From assembly GCF_963853765.1 (NCBI RefSeq), contig NC_088861.1, positions 21,356,281-21,420,280 of the forward strand: a stretch of DNA of 64,000 nucleotides, written 5' to 3'. The translations under genes were made by a program, and so were the position numbers. Numbering within the stretch: position 1 is the stretch's first letter; each line of letters opens with the position of its first letter. This DNA comes from Magallana gigas (Eukaryota). Under the pieces are notes generated by a model. It ran no database searches, was not told the origin of the DNA, and saw nothing but the letters and a program-made list of their open reading frames with translations. Shown one piece after another: positions 1 through 12,400 of the stretch.

Positions 1-1860
1 ATCCTCAGGTAGTGTAGATTTTCGTTTGTTCAAATCATGGTCCCCAGGGGTAGGTTTGGGCCACAGTAGGGGGATCAAGTTTTACATAGGAATATATAGA
101 GAAAATCTGTAAACTTTCTTCTCAAAAACTATGTAAAACTTGACCCCCCCCCCTATTGTGGCCCATCCCTACCCCTGGGGACGATGATTTGAACAAACAT
201 GAAACTACACTTCCTGAGGATGCTTCCATTTTAATTTGAGCTTTCCTAACCTGATAATTTTTGAGAAAAAGATTTTAAAGATTTTCTCTATATATTCCTA
301 TGTAAAACTTGATCCCCCTACTGTGGCCCTACCTTACCCCCGGGGACCATGATTTGAACAAACTAGAATCTACACTACCTGAGGATTCTTCCATTTTAAT
401 TTGAGCTTTCCTGGCGTAATCGTTTTTGAGAAGAAAGTTTAAAGATTTTCTCAATATATTCCTATGTAAATCTTGACCCCCCCCCCCTATTGTGGCCCAA
501 CCTTACCCCCGGGGACGATGATTTGAACAAACATGAAACTACACTTCCTGAGGATGCTTCCATTTTAATTTGATCTTTCCTAACCTGATAATTTTTGAGA
601 AGAAGATTTTAAAAATTTTCTCTATATATTCCTATGTAAAACTTGATCCCTCTATTGTGACCCTACCCTATTCTTGGGAACCAAGATTTGAACAAACTTG
701 AAACTACACTTCCTGATGATGCTTTCATTTCAATTTGAGCTTTCCTCCGCTGGTACTTTTTGAGAAGAAGATTTTAAAGATTTTCTCGATATATTTTTAT
801 GTAAAACTTGATCCCCCTACTGTGGCCCAACCCTACCCCCGGGGACCATGATTTGAACAAACTAGAATCTACACTACCTGACGATAATTCCATTTTAATA
901 TGAGCTTTATTGACATGATACTTTTTGAGAAGAAGATTTTAAAGATGTTCTCTATATATTCCTATGTAAATTTTGATCCCCCTACTGTTGCCCTCCCTAA
1001 CCCCCGGGGACCATGATTTGAACAAACTTGAATCTACATTACCTGAGGATACTTCAATTTTAATTTGAGCTTTCCTGACGTAATCGTTTTTGAGAAGAAA
1101 GTTTAAAGATTTTTTCTATATATTCCTATGTAAATCTCCCCCCCCACCTATTATGGCCCAACCCTACCCCCGGGGACCATGATTTGAACAAACTTGAATA
1201 TACACCTCCTGAGGATGCTTCAATTTTAATTTGAGCTTTTCTATTTTAAAGATGTTCTCTATATATTCCTATGTAAAACTTGATCCCTCTATTGTGACCC
1301 TACCCTACCCCCGGGAACCAAGATTTGAACAAACTTAAAACTACACTTCCTGATGATGCTTCCAATTCAATTTGAGCTTTCCTCCCCGGATAATTTTTGA
1401 GAAGAAGATTTTAAAGATTTTCTCTATATATTCCTATGTAAAACTTGATTCCCCTACTGTGGCCCTACCCTACCCCCGGGGACCATGATTTTAACAAACT
1501 AGAATCTACACTACCTGAGGATACTTCCATTTTAATTTGAGCTTTCCTGGCATAATTGTTTTTGAGAAGAAAGTTTAAAGATTTTCTATATATATTCCTA
1601 TGTAAATCTTGCCCCCCCCCCTATTGTGGCCCAACCCTACCCCCGGGGACCATGATTTGAACAAACTTGATACTACACTTCCTGAGGATGCTTCCATTTT
1701 AATTTGAGCTTTCCTAACCTGATACTTTTTGAGAAGAAATTTTAAAGATTTTCTCTATATATTCCTATGTAAAACTTGATTCCTCTATTGTGACCCTACC
1801 CTACCCCCGGGAACCAAGATTTGAACAAACTGCACTGGACAAACCTCTAAGCTTTCTATC
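1..1860. repeat. Tandem satellite array, ~160-bp unit x about 11 (oyster Cg170/HindIII-like family); consensus roughly ttttgagaagaagattttaaagattttctctatatattcctatgtaaaacttgatccccc..ccctacccccggggaccatgatttgaacaaacttgaatctacactacctgaggatgcttccattttaatttgagctttcctgg
   Basis: Direct reading shows about 11 head-to-tail units with 80-90% identity. The same unit recurs at 4190-5160, 24840-25330, 26290-27640, 28380-29060, 41400-41990 and 63780-64000. Some units contain a HindIII site (aagctt). Confidence 0.85.
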
Positions 1861-3573
1861 AAAATGGATAATTTCATGACACTCGGGGAATGAAGGGGTT
1901 TTTACTGCAAGATGTGGCAAAAATACTGTGTTTTTTTGTATATAATGTTTAATAATCTTCTCAAGGTCTACTTACTAATAGAATCTGATTGCACATTTAG
2001 AAAGATGAAAGAATCTGTCAAATTTAAGTAACCAGGAAAGCCTTTTCAACCATTGAGCAAGAGTTCAGTCTTTAAAAAAAGGGGGAGGGGGTACTGAAAC
2101 GGTTAAAAGTGTTATCTTTCATTGCTTGTTTATGAAATAGGTAATTAATGTAAATTGTGTACTTAAGAAGTCCAATGATTAAAAGAGTTTTACATGTATT
2201 TTGTTATATAAAACATAACAAAACAGAAAGTTTTTGTAGATTTTATTAAAATATTTATAGAGAGAGTTGTGGATAGTAAGAAAACTAAAGCTTTGTTGGT
2301 AAAAAATTCCATAGAGTGGTGAATATTGAGTGCAGAAGTGTTGCATAGATATAGAATATCACTTTGTTATATTCTGCAAGATTTGTTTAACATGAGAATT
2401 GGTAGAGAAAAAAGTAAAATAAAACCTGTAGTGATAAGTTGCATGCAAGTGGTAAAGTGTCAAGTTGTTTGTTGTCCGATGCTTGACCAAGTGACATAAC
2501 CTGTTAGAATAGCCAGGTGATTAGATGAAAGTTCCTTGCCAGGTTGCAAGCAAAGACAGTTGACGCTAAAATAACCACCAGACAGGTGGAATATCTATAT
2601 ACCGGTATATATTAATTATATAAAATTTTTTAAAAAGTTTTTTCATTATTCGAAAGTGCACTTGCCAAGTGCCATTTCTACCCCTTTGTCACATTCCCAA
2701 TAAAATTTGGATGATTGCAAGATTTCAGGAAGGGGGGGGGGGGGTGGTCATTAACACATTTAAGATTTTTTTTACTCCAGAATGAAGCTTAATTAAATGC
2801 ATAAATATGAGATTCCTTGACAGGACTGTGTACGCGCTAAAGTACAATGTACTAATGTGATCCTTAAGGTCTGTTGGCCTCTTATTAAGCATGAAATCCA
2901 TGCATTTTTTAATAAAATAAATATGTTTGCTATTATTTGTTTGATTCTTAATTAGGACATGCTATTGTAAATTAACCTTATAAAACTAAGTCAACTTCCT
3001 TAAATAGTACAGAAGTACCATTTATTTAAATTAACTAAACAAGATAAGAGATGCATTTGACGAATGTTTTATTTATTTCAAAATTTATAAATCACAAAAA
3101 TATTCAAAATTTCGCAAGAAAATAAACTAGATAGTGGACGATATGAATGTGTGGAAAATATAACGTATATCTAACATGAAAATGTTTATCAAAATTCTAA
3201 TGAATTTATCAAGATATCAAAGATACAGAAATATTTTGACTATAAATGTAAAGTAAATAGTATTTTAAAATAATCTACAATATTACACTTAAATAATCTC
3301 TTACATATTTTATTTAAACGAGAATGTATAGAATAAATTATTCTGAAAATTATATTTCTTGGTTATGTAATTCAAATATACGTAATAATCTCACAATTGC
3401 AAATGGCAAAGTTGGTTAACTAATTAAAGATAGTGAAAAACATCAAGATACACTTACAAAAACACACTTGAAAGTTAATACTAAGAAATCATTATAATGT
3501 TTCATTCAACACTCTTACAAAACAAAATTGGTGTCAAAGAAACAAATTATTTTTGGATAACTCCTGGGAGAGT

Positions 3574-3681
3574 TTACTGATTTTGTCCTACAAGACCACT
3601 GGCTGTGTCAAACAGATTGACAGGGCTGTTGCCATCAGTGATCAGAACGCTCTCCAATCCAAGGGCTTTCAACATATTTAC
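3574..3681 (-). CDS. MVP: Major vault protein (MVP), terminal coding exon ending in a TAA stop; encodes [35 protein letters not shown]
   Basis: Minus-strand acceptor ttttttttag|GTAAATATG in phase 0. The translation aligns with the human MVP C-terminus ([32 protein letters not shown]) recalled from memory. The stop is the reverse complement of 3574-3576. Confidence 0.7.
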   Translation of the reverse strand, partial: VNMLKALGLESVLITDGNSPVNLFDTASGLVGQNQ

Positions 3682-3851
3682 CTAAAAAAATAATTGTTAT
3701 TTCAAACACAATTTTGCAGAAGTGATTAACACACATTTCAGTTTATGTCTGTAATAAATGCTTTTCCATGATGAGTTTACATGAACAGCATTTGTAATGG
3801 GAGTCTGATTCTTTTTCAAGTTTACATGGTGTTTAAAATAATTATAAAAAC

Positions 3852-5282
3852 AAGAGGCCCAGGGGCCACATCGCTCACCTGAGCAACAATTGCCTTAATT
3901 CTAAATCAAATTAGCATTTCAGTATCAAAATATCTTGACAACTAAGTACAGTATATCTTACTAAAACAAATTGAAAATCTGCCAATTTTTTCCATCTCTT
4001 TTTTTTTTGGTAAATACCAAGCCCCTTTTGTTATTCTACCTGTAAGAAGATTTTTCTCTATTCCTATGTACCCCCCCCCCCTCCAAAATTTCGTGGCCCC
4101 ACTTTTCTCTCAGGAATCATGGTTTCATCAAACTTAAATCTGCATAACCTGTGCTTTCACACTAAGTACTGAGTTTTGGACCGAAAACTTTCCCAGAATA
4201 TTTTTAAAGATTTTCTCTATATATTCCTATGTAAAAGTTCAAACCGCCATCAAAGCCCTGCCCTATCATTAGGGACTGATTTTGCACACTTGAATTTACA
4301 CTACCCGAGGATGCCTCTACACAAGTTTAAGCTTTTCTGGCCAACTAGTCTTTAAAAAGAAGATTTTTAAAGATTTTCTCTATATATCTATGTAAAAATT
4401 CATCCCCCATTGTGGCCTTACTGTACCCCTGGACTGTTATTTAAACAAACTTGAATCTATACGATCTGGGGATGCTTCAACTCAAATGTGGGCTTTCATG
4501 GCCTAATAGAAGATTTTTAAAGATTTTCTCTATGTATAAAAACTATCCCCCATTGTGGCCCCGCCCTACCCCCAGGTACCATGATTTGAACAGACTTGAA
4601 TCTACATTATCTGAGGATGGTTACACGCCAATTTGAGCTTTCTTGTTTTTGAGAAAAAGATTTTTAAAGATTTCCTCTAAATATTCCTATGTAAAACTTG
4701 ATCCCCCAATTGTGTCCCCACGCTACCCCCGGTGACCATGATTGTAACAAACTTAAAACTACACTATCTGAGGATGCTTCCACTCAAATATAAGCTTTCC
4801 TGGCCTGATAGTTTTTGAGAAGAAGATTTTTAAAGATTTCCTCTATAAATTCCTATGTTAAACTTGATCCCCCCTATTGTGGCCCCACCCTACCCACAGA
4901 GACCATGATTTGAACAAACTTGAATCTACACTACCTGAAGATGCTTCCATTTTAATTTGAGCTTTCCTGGCCTAATAGTTTTTGAGAAGAAGATTTTTGA
5001 AAGATTTTCTCTATATATTCATATGTAAAACTTGACCCTCCCCTGTGGCCCCTCCCTACCCGCGGTGACCATGATTTGAACAAATTTGAATCTACACTAC
5101 CTGAGAATGCCTCAACACAAGTTTAAGCTTTTCAGGCCGAATAGTTTTTGAGAAGAAGATTTTTGAAAAATACCAACAAATTTTCAATAATTTTCCGTGG
5201 CCCTTCATTTAAATAAACTGGAATCCCCTTTACCTAGTGGTGCTTTGTGCCAAATTTGGTTGAAATTTGCCCAGCGGTTCTT

Positions 5283-5313
<31 letters not shown>

Positions 5314-5336
5314 ACGACGACGACAACGACAGACAT

Positions 5337-5373
<37 letters not shown>

Positions 5374-5395
5374 TGGCTCAGGTGACCTAATAATG
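3852..5395 (+). mobile_element. Composite non-autonomous element (Helentron/HINE-like satellite carrier): head 3852-4190, a 160-bp satellite array 4190-5160, and a tail 5160-5395 ending aagctcacttgagcctttggctcaggtgacctaa
   Basis: The same head-array-tail architecture recurs at 25955-27915. Head-only and tail-only copies occur elsewhere. The tail carries a 6-bp-stem hairpin, tgagcc-ttt-ggctca. Confidence 0.6.
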
Positions 5396-5507
5396 GCATT
5401 ACCTTAAATATATATACTTCTAATGTACAGTGTAATGTTGTTTAGCTTTAATGCTTCTTATGGTTCTGAAAACTCCAGAGAAATGAAAAAATTATAATCA
5501 TTTTTAC

Positions 5508-5588
5508 CTGATTTGCTGGACCTGCAGTTGCAATGGCAGCCAATACATTTCCTCCTATAGTTGAAATCATATCCTTAAACTTCTTTAC
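5508..5588 (-). CDS. MVP: MVP exon (81 nt, phase 0) encoding VKKFKDMISTIGGNVLAAIATAGPANQ
   Basis: Acceptor tttaatatag|GTAAAG and donor AATCAG|gtaaaa. It aligns with human [27 protein letters not shown]. Confidence 0.7.
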
Positions 5589-5807
5589 CTATATTAAATG
5601 AATTTGTTGTACCTTCGTTATTGTTTCATGACCATGGTTTAAAGGAATTAAGTTGTCACAAAATGTTATTTGGAATATACATAATAATTCCGTGTAATTG
5701 TTTTCTGCACTTTATTCCTCAAAACCTTCTAATACAATTGATTACAAATTGAAGATTGAAAAATATATGAAATTTATCTTGCTCTATTTTTACTTATTTA
5801 TTCAAAC

Positions 5808-5888
5808 CTCAATATTTGTCATTTCCCTTTCCTTATGAATTTCTAGTCTGTTCATATTTCTCGCATAATCTAGTTCTTGTTTTCGTAG
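5808..5888 (-). CDS. MVP: MVP exon (81 nt, phase 0) encoding LRKQELDYARNMNRLEIHKEREMTNIE
   Basis: Acceptor ttgttctacag|CTACGA and donor ATTGAG|gtttga. It aligns with human [27 protein letters not shown]. Confidence 0.65.
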
Positions 5889-7367
5889 CTGTAGAACAAA
5901 AAGGTTTAACACATAATTTTACAAAATAAAATAGTCAGAGATGTTAAAAATTATATTTGCATAATTCAAAAAGTCTTTCGAGAAAAAAGGCAAAAATAAA
6001 AAACTCATGACACAATTTGCCAATAAATAATTTAATTGAACTTAAGAACACCGTATAACAAATAAAGATATTGAAAACTCCAATTACATGTACATGCATT
6101 CTCTCTCACATTGTTTACTCAGGATTTGAGTGCCAAATTCCGATTGAAGTAAAGTTAAATATCATGAGCTAAATTTTTTTTAAACAACAGTATTCTTCAA
6201 ATGAAAATCTTTCGCCATAACATTTGATATCTTTATTATTCTATGGAATTAGACTTAAACAAAAATAATCGTTTGGTAAAACAGAGGAAATTTAAGTGAA
6301 GATTTTATCTGTTAGTCAATAGTCACATATAATGTTTAAATATTTTCTTTTGGTTTTATCTAGTACCATCTTTTGGATAATTGTGAGGCACATATTGCAT
6401 TTTCACCATTTCAATAAATGGATTTTTCTTTAGGAAAACCTGGTTAAAATGTTTAAAAACTTTGATCATTTACCTTGTATTAATTTCATGCCAGCAAAAT
6501 AAGGACAATATATTTAGTTCATGACTATGAATGTTTTAGTGTTATCATTATTCAGTTTTTGTTAAATTACCGGGTAAATCAAATGTTGGTGGAGTTCGCA
6601 AAATTGATAGAAAAAATTCCGACTGGGATATTTTTTAAAAATTGGTTCTCAAAACCTAACTATAATTCTTGGTATCTAATTAGCCACACTGCCCTTTATT
6701 AACAGTATTTCAATTTTAAAGAGTTAATTTGTATGTAATATTTTCACAATTAAGAAAACCTTAATCACATTGTAAAATTTTAAAGGATTCTTTTTCAATT
6801 ATCAAAAAAATATAATACAAAGGCCATTAACTCAAAAAGTTTTTAGAAGGTTAAAAATAACACTACAAATTTCTATAACATACAACATATGGTATTTCAT
6901 TTTCATCAGTGGGATTTTTTCGCATTCTGAGTAAACGTAATTCTTAAGTACGAAAATGCTATCATTTATTGTATATTTGAAGTTTAAATATTTTTTGACT
7001 AAATATAAGACAAAATATAGTCACTTTGTCTGCTTTTGTATACATGAATTTTTGTATTTTATTTGGTTAAATAAAGTGTACTTGGAAGGATAGTGCCCTC
7101 TGTTGAACTTGTACAAAATAATCTAAAATGCACATTTTTAGGCATTATAATTTTACGAAGTTTATACTGAACACTAAAAGTCTTTTAAGTCAAAAAATGA
7201 GGGGAACGCAATTTAGCTTCTTCTTACCATAGAGATGCGTCACACCAAATGGTAACAATTGGCCTTGTAGTTTTCAAGGAGAAGTTGAAAATGTATTATT
7301 AACGCACAACGCATGACGACGGACGAAGACCAATTGCTAAAATAACCAATTGCTTAAAAAAACGCAC

Positions 7368-7432
7368 CGCTTCCTGTGTGGTTAACTGAGCATTATGCTC
7401 TATTCCTGCTGCTTCTGCCCTCAGTTTTGCAG
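7368..7432 (-). CDS. MVP: MVP exon (65 nt) encoding (A)KLRAEAAGIEHNAQLTTQEA
   Basis: Acceptor ctttatgtcttttatag|CTGCAAAA. The proposed donor GAAGCG|gtgcgt is less certain; the ORF otherwise runs on to a stop. It aligns with human AKLKAQALAIETEAELQRVQK. Confidence 0.55.
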
Positions 7433-7638
7433 CTATAAAAGACATAAAGTCACACGATAGTAAAATGAAGTTTAAACCTTTACAATTTGATATCGATTTA
7501 AATGACAATACAATCATATCTTATTTATCCTATTTTATATGGTAAGAACCTAATAAGTTGTATGAACTTGCGTTCAAACCATTTGTAAGTGTATTAAAAC
7601 CATCATATTTTCTATGAATAAGCTTTGGATGAACTCAC

Positions 7639-7857
7639 CTTCAATCTCGCTCTCACACTCAATGATAATGCGCTCGGCCTGAGCTTGGGCCTCTGCTTTA
7701 GCCTGTCCAGAAGACTCCACTGCAGCAGTGACGGCTTGAAGTTCCAAGAGTTTACATCGTTCTTTTTCAGATTCTTTTTCATTATAGAGTTTTTGCCTCT
7801 CCAATTCACCCCTGGCTATTTGTTCATTTCTGGCTGCCTCATGCGATGCTGCTGCCT
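7639..7857 (-). CDS. MVP: MVP exon (219 nt) encoding [72 protein letters not shown]
   Basis: Acceptor aagttcaatag|AG GCA and donor GATTGAAG|gtgagt. The alignment to human [70 protein letters not shown] is strong. Confidence 0.75.
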
Positions 7858-8100
7858 CTATTGAACTTTAATATCAAAACATAATTGATGCTCTCTATTA
7901 TTTTCTTAATACATAAATCTCTTAATTTTTTTGTTGACACTTTTGTTACGTATATCCATTCCAAACCATAATCAGATATCATCAGTTATTTGCTTTACTG
8001 GGATATGCTAAATCAGTCATCAGCTTCAAATAAACATACGAAAGAAGTTCCTTATAATATTTATGCTGATAAAATACCATTTGGGAGAAATAGAATAAGT

Positions 8101-8448
8101 ATAGAAACAAGAGGCACAGTGGCCACATCGCTCATCTGAGCAACAGTATCTCTAACTCTGATCAAATTAGCATTACAGTCTCAAAATCAAAATATCTTGA
8201 CAAATAAGTACAGTAGATCTTGCTTGAGGGGGGGGGGGGGGGGGTGTCATGATTTTCAAAGCTTTGAATCGACCCGAGAATGCTTAATAAAAGTTTCAGC
8301 TCTCCTGGCAAAATGGGGTTTTTTTACAGACGATTTTAAAAAAATTCTCAAATTTTTCAATAATTCCTAATGATCTTCCCTTGATAAATGTTGTGGTCCT
8401 TTAATTTCACAATTTTGAATCCCCTTTGCCTAAGGATTCTTTGTGCTT

Positions 8449-8482
<34 letters not shown>

Positions 8483-8590
8483 TGTTGAAAATGTGAACAG
8501 TTTGTACAGACACATGGACGACAGACAAGTTTGATCAGAGAAGCTGATTCAGAGAAGCTGATTTGAGTTTTGGTCAAAGGGTCACAATTT
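8101..8590 (+). mobile_element. Short copy of the same composite element: head 8101-8220 and tail 8240-8590, with no satellite array
   Basis: The head is caagaggcacagtggccacatcgctcatctgagcaacag.... The tail contains ggttgaaattggcccagtggttctagagatgttgaaaatgtgaacagtttgtacagacacatggacgacagacaagtttgatcagagaagctga. A G18 tract sits at 8222-8245. Confidence 0.5.
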
Positions 8591-8899
8591 TTACATTTTA
8601 GAATCTTCCCTATACATATCAAAGGCCGGAACGGCCACAAAGGCGTCGAGCTGACGTTTTCTTTAATATAGATATCATAAATTTAAATTTCTGTACCAAT
8701 AGTCGTATATCAAAAAATATCAGAATAAAAATGTTTTGTGTAACTAATAAGTACCAGTTTTTAGTATAACGTGTATAATTATATGAAGAACTAGATCGTT
8801 CTCGTTGCGAGCAACGAGTGGGTCTTCTGTCCGATTTTTGAGTAAATGAGATAAAATCCTTCACTTTTAAGACTATATTGTTAATCAACTCAAAAAATT

Positions 8900-9447
8900 A
8901 GAAAAAAAAATTTTGGCACCCGAAGCTTGAGCCCGGATCGCCTAGGCACATGTCCACGACTCTAACGAATGAGCTATTCGGACTCTTGTTTCAGGACTTT
9001 GATGCTTAATATCTCGGGAACACATCAATTGATTTCAAAACAAATTACATATTCGGAATAAGTAAAAGAGTCTCTATCAACCCGTTAGAAAAATATATAA
9101 AAAGCAAAAAGTTGAAAAAATCGATTTTTTATCTTTCCTTCCGGTGACGACCGGAAGTGACGGTGGACGTTTTTATGACCATGTTGGAACAGGTAAAATT
9201 GATGTCTATCTTCACTGAAAATTTCAGCTCTATATCTTTATTCGTTTTTTGGATCTCTAGCTGACAAAATTGACTTTTAAAAATCGTAAACGGACGATAA
9301 CTTCCGACCGGAAGTGATTATCAAAAAATTGAAAAGGCGGTACAAACTTCAGATGCCGACACATCAACCCTTAAAATTTGAAGAAAATCAAATGAGCCAT
9401 CTTCGAGAAATTGCCTGCACAAAATTTGTAAGACAAAAAAAGAATGA

Positions 9448-9497
<50 letters not shown>

Positions 9498-12400
9498 TTT
9501 AGAAGAAAATATGACATCATCGGCTTTGATTTTCGACAACAAAACATGTTATGGAAAAAAGAGTGAAGTACTAAGGCTTTATTGTATCGCTGTTTATAAG
9601 TCTCTGACATAGCTTTTTTAAATATTTGCATTTCTTCCAATTAAGATAGAAAAGATTAAACTTGTTTACCCCTGGTCCCTAAAAACCTTAATTGGGTAAC
9701 GCAAGAGAAAATCATTATATTGTTAGGATATATAAACGTATTATACCAAATCTAGCTTTATTAACCTTTCATAAAATAGCTCTCATTAAAGGGCTATAGA
9801 TAGAAGATTTTAGAGCTCTTTGATCCCCTAATTTAAGGGGCCAGTCCCTTTTTCCTAATATCAAATGAAATGACATTTAATTCTAAACACATTTTGTCAA
9901 CAAGTGTTTAGAAACTCGTTACCGTTCTGGAGATATATGAGAAAGAAGGTTTTAGGGGCCGATCCCTTATCTCCTTATAGGGGCCGTTTGACGAAATGTT
10001 GAAGGTTGCATACTGTTAAGAACATCATTTTGAACAACTTTTCTTGTGTACTGCATTTCATAATATTTTTCCTTTCTGAGATCTAGGTGATCAAAATTTT
10101 GGACTTTTAGCCCCTAAAAACCCCTAATTACAAAACACATGATAAAATCATTACATTGCTTGAATACATAAATGTAAGATAAACACATTTGCTTCTATAA
10201 CCTTTCACAAAATATCTCTTGGTAAAGGACTACAAATTAAAGACTTTGGAGCCCGTTAGTCCCCTTATTTTAGGGGCCAGCCCCTTTTCCTTGATATCAA
10301 ATGAAAGGTCATTTAATTCTAAACAAATTTTGATCAACAAGTGTTTAGAAATTTGTTACCGTTCTAGAGATATATGAGAAAGAAGGTTTAAGGGGCCGAT
10401 CCCTTAACTCCTTATAGGGTCCGTTTGACGAAATTTTGAAGGTCGCATATTGTGAAGAACATAATTTTAAACAACTTTTCTTCTGTACTGCATTACAAAA
10501 TATTTTTCCTTTCTGAGATATGGGTGATCACAATTTTGGACTTTTGGCCCCTATAAACCCTTAATTACGTAACACATAATAAAATTATTACATTGCTTGG
10601 ATATATAACTGTGAGATAAACATATTTGCTTCTATAACATTTCACAAAATATCTCTCAGTAAACGGCTACAGATGAAAGACTTTTGGGCCCTTTTGTCCC
10701 CTAATTTGAGAATCCAGCCCCTTTTTCTTGATATCACATGAAAGGTCTTGTAAATATAAAAATTTTTTACAATACATGTTTTAACAAAATATTTTTCAGA
10801 AGAGAGATAAACAAAGAAAACCATGAAAAATTATGACTTTTTTTAGTCTCAATTTTCGGGACCAGACTAGCTTTAACGCCTTTTGAGCATGACAAATATG
10901 AATGCCAAATGGCACATCTACAATTTATTGTCTACAATCCCTGAAAGTTTGAACTCAGTATCTTTTACCGTTTAGGAGGAGGTCCCTGGACAAGCCGACC
11001 CTCTGAAAATCGCTAAAACGTCACTATCTTGAGAACGGAAATGACGTCATCAAAATAAAAAAATGTATATTAAGTTTAGATCAATATCAATTTGATCTGA
11101 AAGTTTCATGAAAATCGGCCGAGCCGTTTTTGAGATATCGCGGGCACAAAATTTGTAAGAAAAAAAAAGAAAAATAATAACTAGACTCTTGTTGCTATAG
11201 CAACAAAAAGGTCTTCCGTTCCTCATGTATAAATCTGTACAAAAGATCCATTTCTCTTGTAAACAGAAAATGGATATTATTTATACTAAAAAGGAATTCC
11301 CAAGAAATAAACAAAACAAAAAGACAAAACTTCATTTTGAGTACTTTCTGTGACGACCGGAAGTTACGCCGGATCATACAAAACATAGTAAACATATCTT
11401 CATACATTGCCTTGTATTTCCTCAAATTTTGGATGTTCAAGTTTTTGTTAGTTATAATATCTCGTTAAGAAATGGTTTTTGTCTCGGGACCGGAAAGGAA
11501 CGAACGGAAGTGATTAAGAAATTGAAAATACGTATTTTAGTACATTTACCTATGATAAGTTATTGTTCATCACATTGAGTAATATGCTAAAAAAAAATTC
11601 TAATTTAAAAAAAAAAACCCTTTTATTGCTTTTATTTTATCACTTCGAGTGAAAACCGGAAGTGACGTACGACCAAATGGAACCCGTTAAACACATGTTT
11701 GTTCAAATGTCCATTATCCATAAAAGTTTTCTGTCTTGATCTCTTAAAGTTTCTGAGATCTTGGGGTAGTTTGTTTTTTAAAAAGAAGGCTACCTGAGAT
11801 ATTTGAGATGTCTCAACGGAAGTAGAACTTTTTTGTTTTTTTTCACCATCTGTGGATGACCTCCTGTATTTTTATAACTAAAATGTTACTTCCATGCCAA
11901 ATAACCAACATATTTTTAAAAAATCAGAATTTGGTGTACTTTCTGTGACGACCGGAAGTTACGCCGGATGAAACAAAATAGTGTTAACACGTGTCCATAC
12001 ACAGGTCTATAATCCTACAAAGTTTGGTTGTTGAAGTCGTTACCGTTTTTGAGATCTCGTCGATATAAGGTTTTTTGTCTCGGGACAGGAAACGGACAAA
12101 CGGAAGTGCTTAATGAAATTTAATTTTTTTTTATCTTGTTACTTTCCTATTTTACATTATTATTCATCGAAGTAGCTAAAACTATCAAATAAAAACAGTT
12201 TTATGGATAAACAATTTGATTTGTTTGAACTCTTCCGCTGTGGACCAGAAGTGACGGAAGACAAAATGAAACTGTTTAAACACATCTCCAATCAAATGTC
12301 TATAAGTAGTGAAAGTTTCGTGTCTTAATCACGTACAGTACCTGAGAACTTGCGGGTACAAAATATGTTTTAAAAAAGCTTCCTGAGATAATCGAGATAT

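Noticed and set aside
7299-7517. 72-aa minus-strand ORF
   Set aside because: Only its central 21 codons (AKLRAEAAGIEHNAQLTTQEA) are MVP-like. The remainder is intron read-through, so it is reported as exon 7368-7432.
9321-9640. Overlapping minus-strand ORFs in the hairpin-rich array
   Set aside because: The sequence is low-complexity and repeat-derived with no recognisable motifs. ORFs in the 8.9-15.8 kb array are chance events in AT-rich repeats.
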